This document shows positions 30,031 to 32,000 of a stretch of 32,000 nucleotides of DNA, one piece after another (the stretch's first letter is position 1; each line of letters opens with the position of its first letter). The notes beneath the pieces are model-generated. The model ran no database searches and was not told where the DNA came from. It saw only the letters and a list, made by a program, of their open reading frames with translations. The position numbers and the translations under genes were made by a program. The stretch spans positions 330,001 through 362,000 of the forward strand of contig NC_008513.1 in assembly GCF_000090965.1 (NCBI RefSeq), read 5' to 3'. Origin of the DNA: Candidatus Saccharimonadota bacterium (GTDB lineage Bacteria; Pseudomonadota; Gammaproteobacteria; Enterobacterales; Enterobacteriaceae).

Positions 30031-30468
30031 TTAACTTTTAACTACTCCTCCAGCTGATTCTATACATAAACGAGCTCCCTTAGTTACAGACAAACCAGAA
30101 ATTATTATAGGTCTATTAATCAATCCAGATTTGATAATCTTAACATATTTAATATTCTTATTAATTAAATTTATTTTTTTTAAAATAGATAAATTAATAT
30201 ATTTTAAATTATGAAAACAATCTAATTCAAATAATCTAATTTCATCAAAAAATTTTTTTTTCTTAGAACGAAAACCAAATTTTGGAATTCTTCTATATAA
30301 TGGTGTTTGCCCTCCTTCAAAACTTTTTCGTATTTTTCCACCTGATCTAGATTTTTGACCTTTATGTCCACGTCCTCCTGTTTTTCCCCAACCTGAACCA
30401 ATTCCTCTACATATGCGTTTTTTAGACCTTTTTTTATATACAGAATTTGATAATGAATTTAAATACAT
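30031..30468 (-). CDS. rplO: 50S ribosomal protein L15
   Basis: 145-aa ORF. GRGIGSGWGKTGGRGHKGQKSRSGG...FEGGQTPLYRRIPKFGF...VTKGARLCIESAGG matches E. coli L15. Confidence 0.98.
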   Translation of the reverse strand: MYLNSLSNSVYKKRSKKRICRGIGSGWGKTGGRGHKGQKSRSGGKIRKSFEGGQTPLYRRIPKFGFRSKKKKFFDEIRLFELDCFHNLKYINLSILKKINLINKNIKYVKIIKSGLINRPIIISGLSVTKGARLCIESAGGVVKS

Positions 30469-30479
30469 AAAGAATTCCT

Positions 30480-30653
30480 CTATTTAATAGATATCATATA
30501 ATATACTTTCTTAATCATTCCACGAATAGCTGCTGTATCTTTTCTTTCAACAGTATCTCCAATATTACGTAAACCTAATCCTTTCATAGTTGCTTTATGT
30601 TTTGGTAAACGACCAATTTGACTTTTTATTTGAGTTATTAAAATAGTTTTCAT
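30480..30653 (-). CDS. rpmD: 50S ribosomal protein L30
   Basis: Not in the ORF track. The reverse-strand ORF encodes [57 protein letters not shown] (57 aa), collinear with E. coli L30 ([59 protein letters not shown]). It lies between rpsE and rplO. Confidence 0.95.
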   Translation of the reverse strand: MKTILITQIKSQIGRLPKHKATMKGLGLRNIGDTVERKDTAAIRGMIKKVYYMISIK

Positions 30654-30677
30654 AATAAAAATATTCTCATGTTATTT

Positions 30678-31172
30678 TTAAATTATTGTAATAATTTTAC
30701 CTCTTTTTTTAGAAATCATTTCCGGTGATCTAATTTTTTTTAATCCGTTTAAAGTCGCCCTTACAACATTGATAGGATTAGTAGAACCATATATTTTAGC
30801 TAAAATATTTTGAATTCCCGCAACTTCAAGAACAGATCTCATAGCTCCACCAGCAATAATTCCAGTTCCTTCAGATGCTGGTTTCATAAAAATGAAAGAA
30901 CCTGTATGTAAACCTGTAACTGAGTGTTGAATAGTATTTTTAAATAAAGGAATTATAATCATATTTTTTCGTGCTTTTTCCATTGCTTTTTGAATTGCAG
31001 AAGGAACTTCTCTAGCTTTTCCATAACCAAATCCTACTTTTCCTTGATTATTTCCAACAACAGTTAAAGCAGTAAAAGAAAAAATTCTTCCTCCTTTTAC
31101 TGTCTTAGAAACTCTATTTACAGAAATTAATTTTTCTTTTAACTCAATTGATAACTTTTTTTCATAATGCAT
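30678..31172 (-). CDS. rpsE: 30S ribosomal protein S5
   Basis: 164-aa [57 protein letters not shown]...[21 protein letters not shown]...[13 protein letters not shown] is nearly identical to E. coli S5. Confidence 0.99.
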   Translation of the reverse strand: MHYEKKLSIELKEKLISVNRVSKTVKGGRIFSFTALTVVGNNQGKVGFGYGKAREVPSAIQKAMEKARKNMIIIPLFKNTIQHSVTGLHTGSFIFMKPASEGTGIIAGGAMRSVLEVAGIQNILAKIYGSTNPINVVRATLNGLKKIRSPEMISKKRGKIITII

Positions 31173-31190
31173 ATTTATATTCCTATAATT

Positions 31191-31559
31191 TTAGAAAATT
31201 AAACCTGATACACGGGCTGATTTAGCTAATTCTTCTATTCTACCGTGATATTTAAAGCCTGATCTATCAAAAAATACTTTTTTGATTCCTTTGATTAAAG
31301 CTCGCTCTGCAATTAATTTTCCAATTATTTTTGCAGAAATTTTATTTCCTGTATAGATATTATTTATATTTAATTTTCTAAATTCTAAAGTAGATGCACA
31401 TACTAAAACAAAAGAAGTTTTACATGAAATAATTTGAGCATAAATATGCTTTGAAGTACGGTGAATTACTAAACGAAAATCACGATTACTTCTTATTTTT
31501 TTACGTATTTTAGTATAACGTCTAATCCTAGTTTTTTTTTTGTTTACATAACCTTTCAT
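31191..31559 (-). CDS. rplR: 50S ribosomal protein L18
   Basis: 122-aa [19 protein letters not shown]...YTGNK...[43 protein letters not shown] is collinear with E. coli L18. Confidence 0.98.
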   Translation of the reverse strand: MKGYVNKKKTRIRRYTKIRKKIRSNRDFRLVIHRTSKHIYAQIISCKTSFVLVCASTLEFRKLNINNIYTGNKISAKIIGKLIAERALIKGIKKVFFDRSGFKYHGRIEELAKSARVSGLIF

Positions 31560-31560
31560 T

Positions 31561-32000
31561 TTACTTTTTTTTTGCCTCTTTAATACGTATTATTTCATTT
31601 AAATAACGAATACCTTTACCTTTATAAGGTTCTGGTTTTCGATACGAACGTATATTAGCTGCTACCTGACCTACTAATTGTTTATTAATTCCTGATAATA
31701 CGATTTCTGTTTGAGATAATAAATTTGCTGTAATTAGATTCGGTAACTGATAAGAAATAGAATGTGAAAAACCCAAATATAATTTTAAAATATTATTATT
31801 TTCTAAAATAACTCTATAACCAATTCCAAATAAAATTAATTGTTTCTTAAAACCTGTAGTTACTCCAATAATCATAGTATTAACTAAAGCACGACAAGTA
31901 CCTGCTTGCATCCAACCATATGAACTTGATGAATGATTATGAGAAAAAAATAAATAACTATTCTTTTTTATAATTTTTATACATTTATGTATATTTTTTT
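31561..32000 (-). CDS. rplF: 50S ribosomal protein L6, C-terminal about 146 codons; the 5' end lies beyond the window
   Basis: The ORF-track start (Met at 31911) is internal. The same frame stays open to position 32000 and reads ...[39 protein letters not shown]..., aligning with E. coli L6 residues ...[36 protein letters not shown]. About 33 N-terminal codons are missing from the window. Confidence 0.95.
   Translation of the reverse strand, partial: KNIHKCIKIIKKNSYLFFSHNHSSSSYGWMQAGTCRALVNTMIIGVTTGFKKQLILFGIGYRVILENNNILKLYLGFSHSISYQLPNLITANLLSQTEIVLSGINKQLVGQVAANIRSYRKPEPYKGKGIRYLNEIIRIKEAKKK

Overview
This is an extremely A+T-rich, gene-dense window made almost entirely of recognisable housekeeping genes. 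Gene order: cyoA(-, partial); then on the + strand bolA, clpP, clpX, lon, ppiD, mdlA, mdlB, dnaX, ybaB, htpG, adk, with ffs(-) between mdlB and dnaX; tRNA-Arg(-); folD(+); cysS(-); ybeD(+). After that, on the - strand as laid out left to right: cspE, 5S, 23S, tRNA-Glu, aroE. Then def and fmt (+), followed by the alpha and spc ribosomal-protein operons on the - strand (rplQ rpoA rpsD rpsK rpsM rpmJ secY rplO rpmD rpsE rplR rplF, the last partial). This is E. coli-like synteny with many deletions. The aroE / tRNA-Glu / 23S / 5S unit with no 16S is the arrangement known from Buchnera aphidicola. The composition, the poly-lysine-rich proteins and the extra gene losses suggest one of the most reduced Buchnera lineages; that organism call is inference. 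I found no mobile element, CRISPR array, defence or toxin locus, or any unassigned multi-gene block, so I do not think this window holds a novel system. What deserves a second look is fine-scale genome decay. (1) clpP has lost its catalytic serine through a local compensated frameshift, although clpX next door looks fully intact. (2) ppiD is full length but broken by three -1 frameshifts, each in a homopolymer run. (3) mdlA has an in-frame deletion that removes the Walker A lysine, while mdlB is intact. (4) dnaX is a short gamma-like form. (5) tig, recR and hupB are missing from their syntenic slots. (6) Many intact genes carry A14-A17 tracts. The 23S gene is bracketed by a roughly 25-nt inverted repeat (processing stem). 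The few G+C-rich hairpins sit exactly at convergent gene ends.
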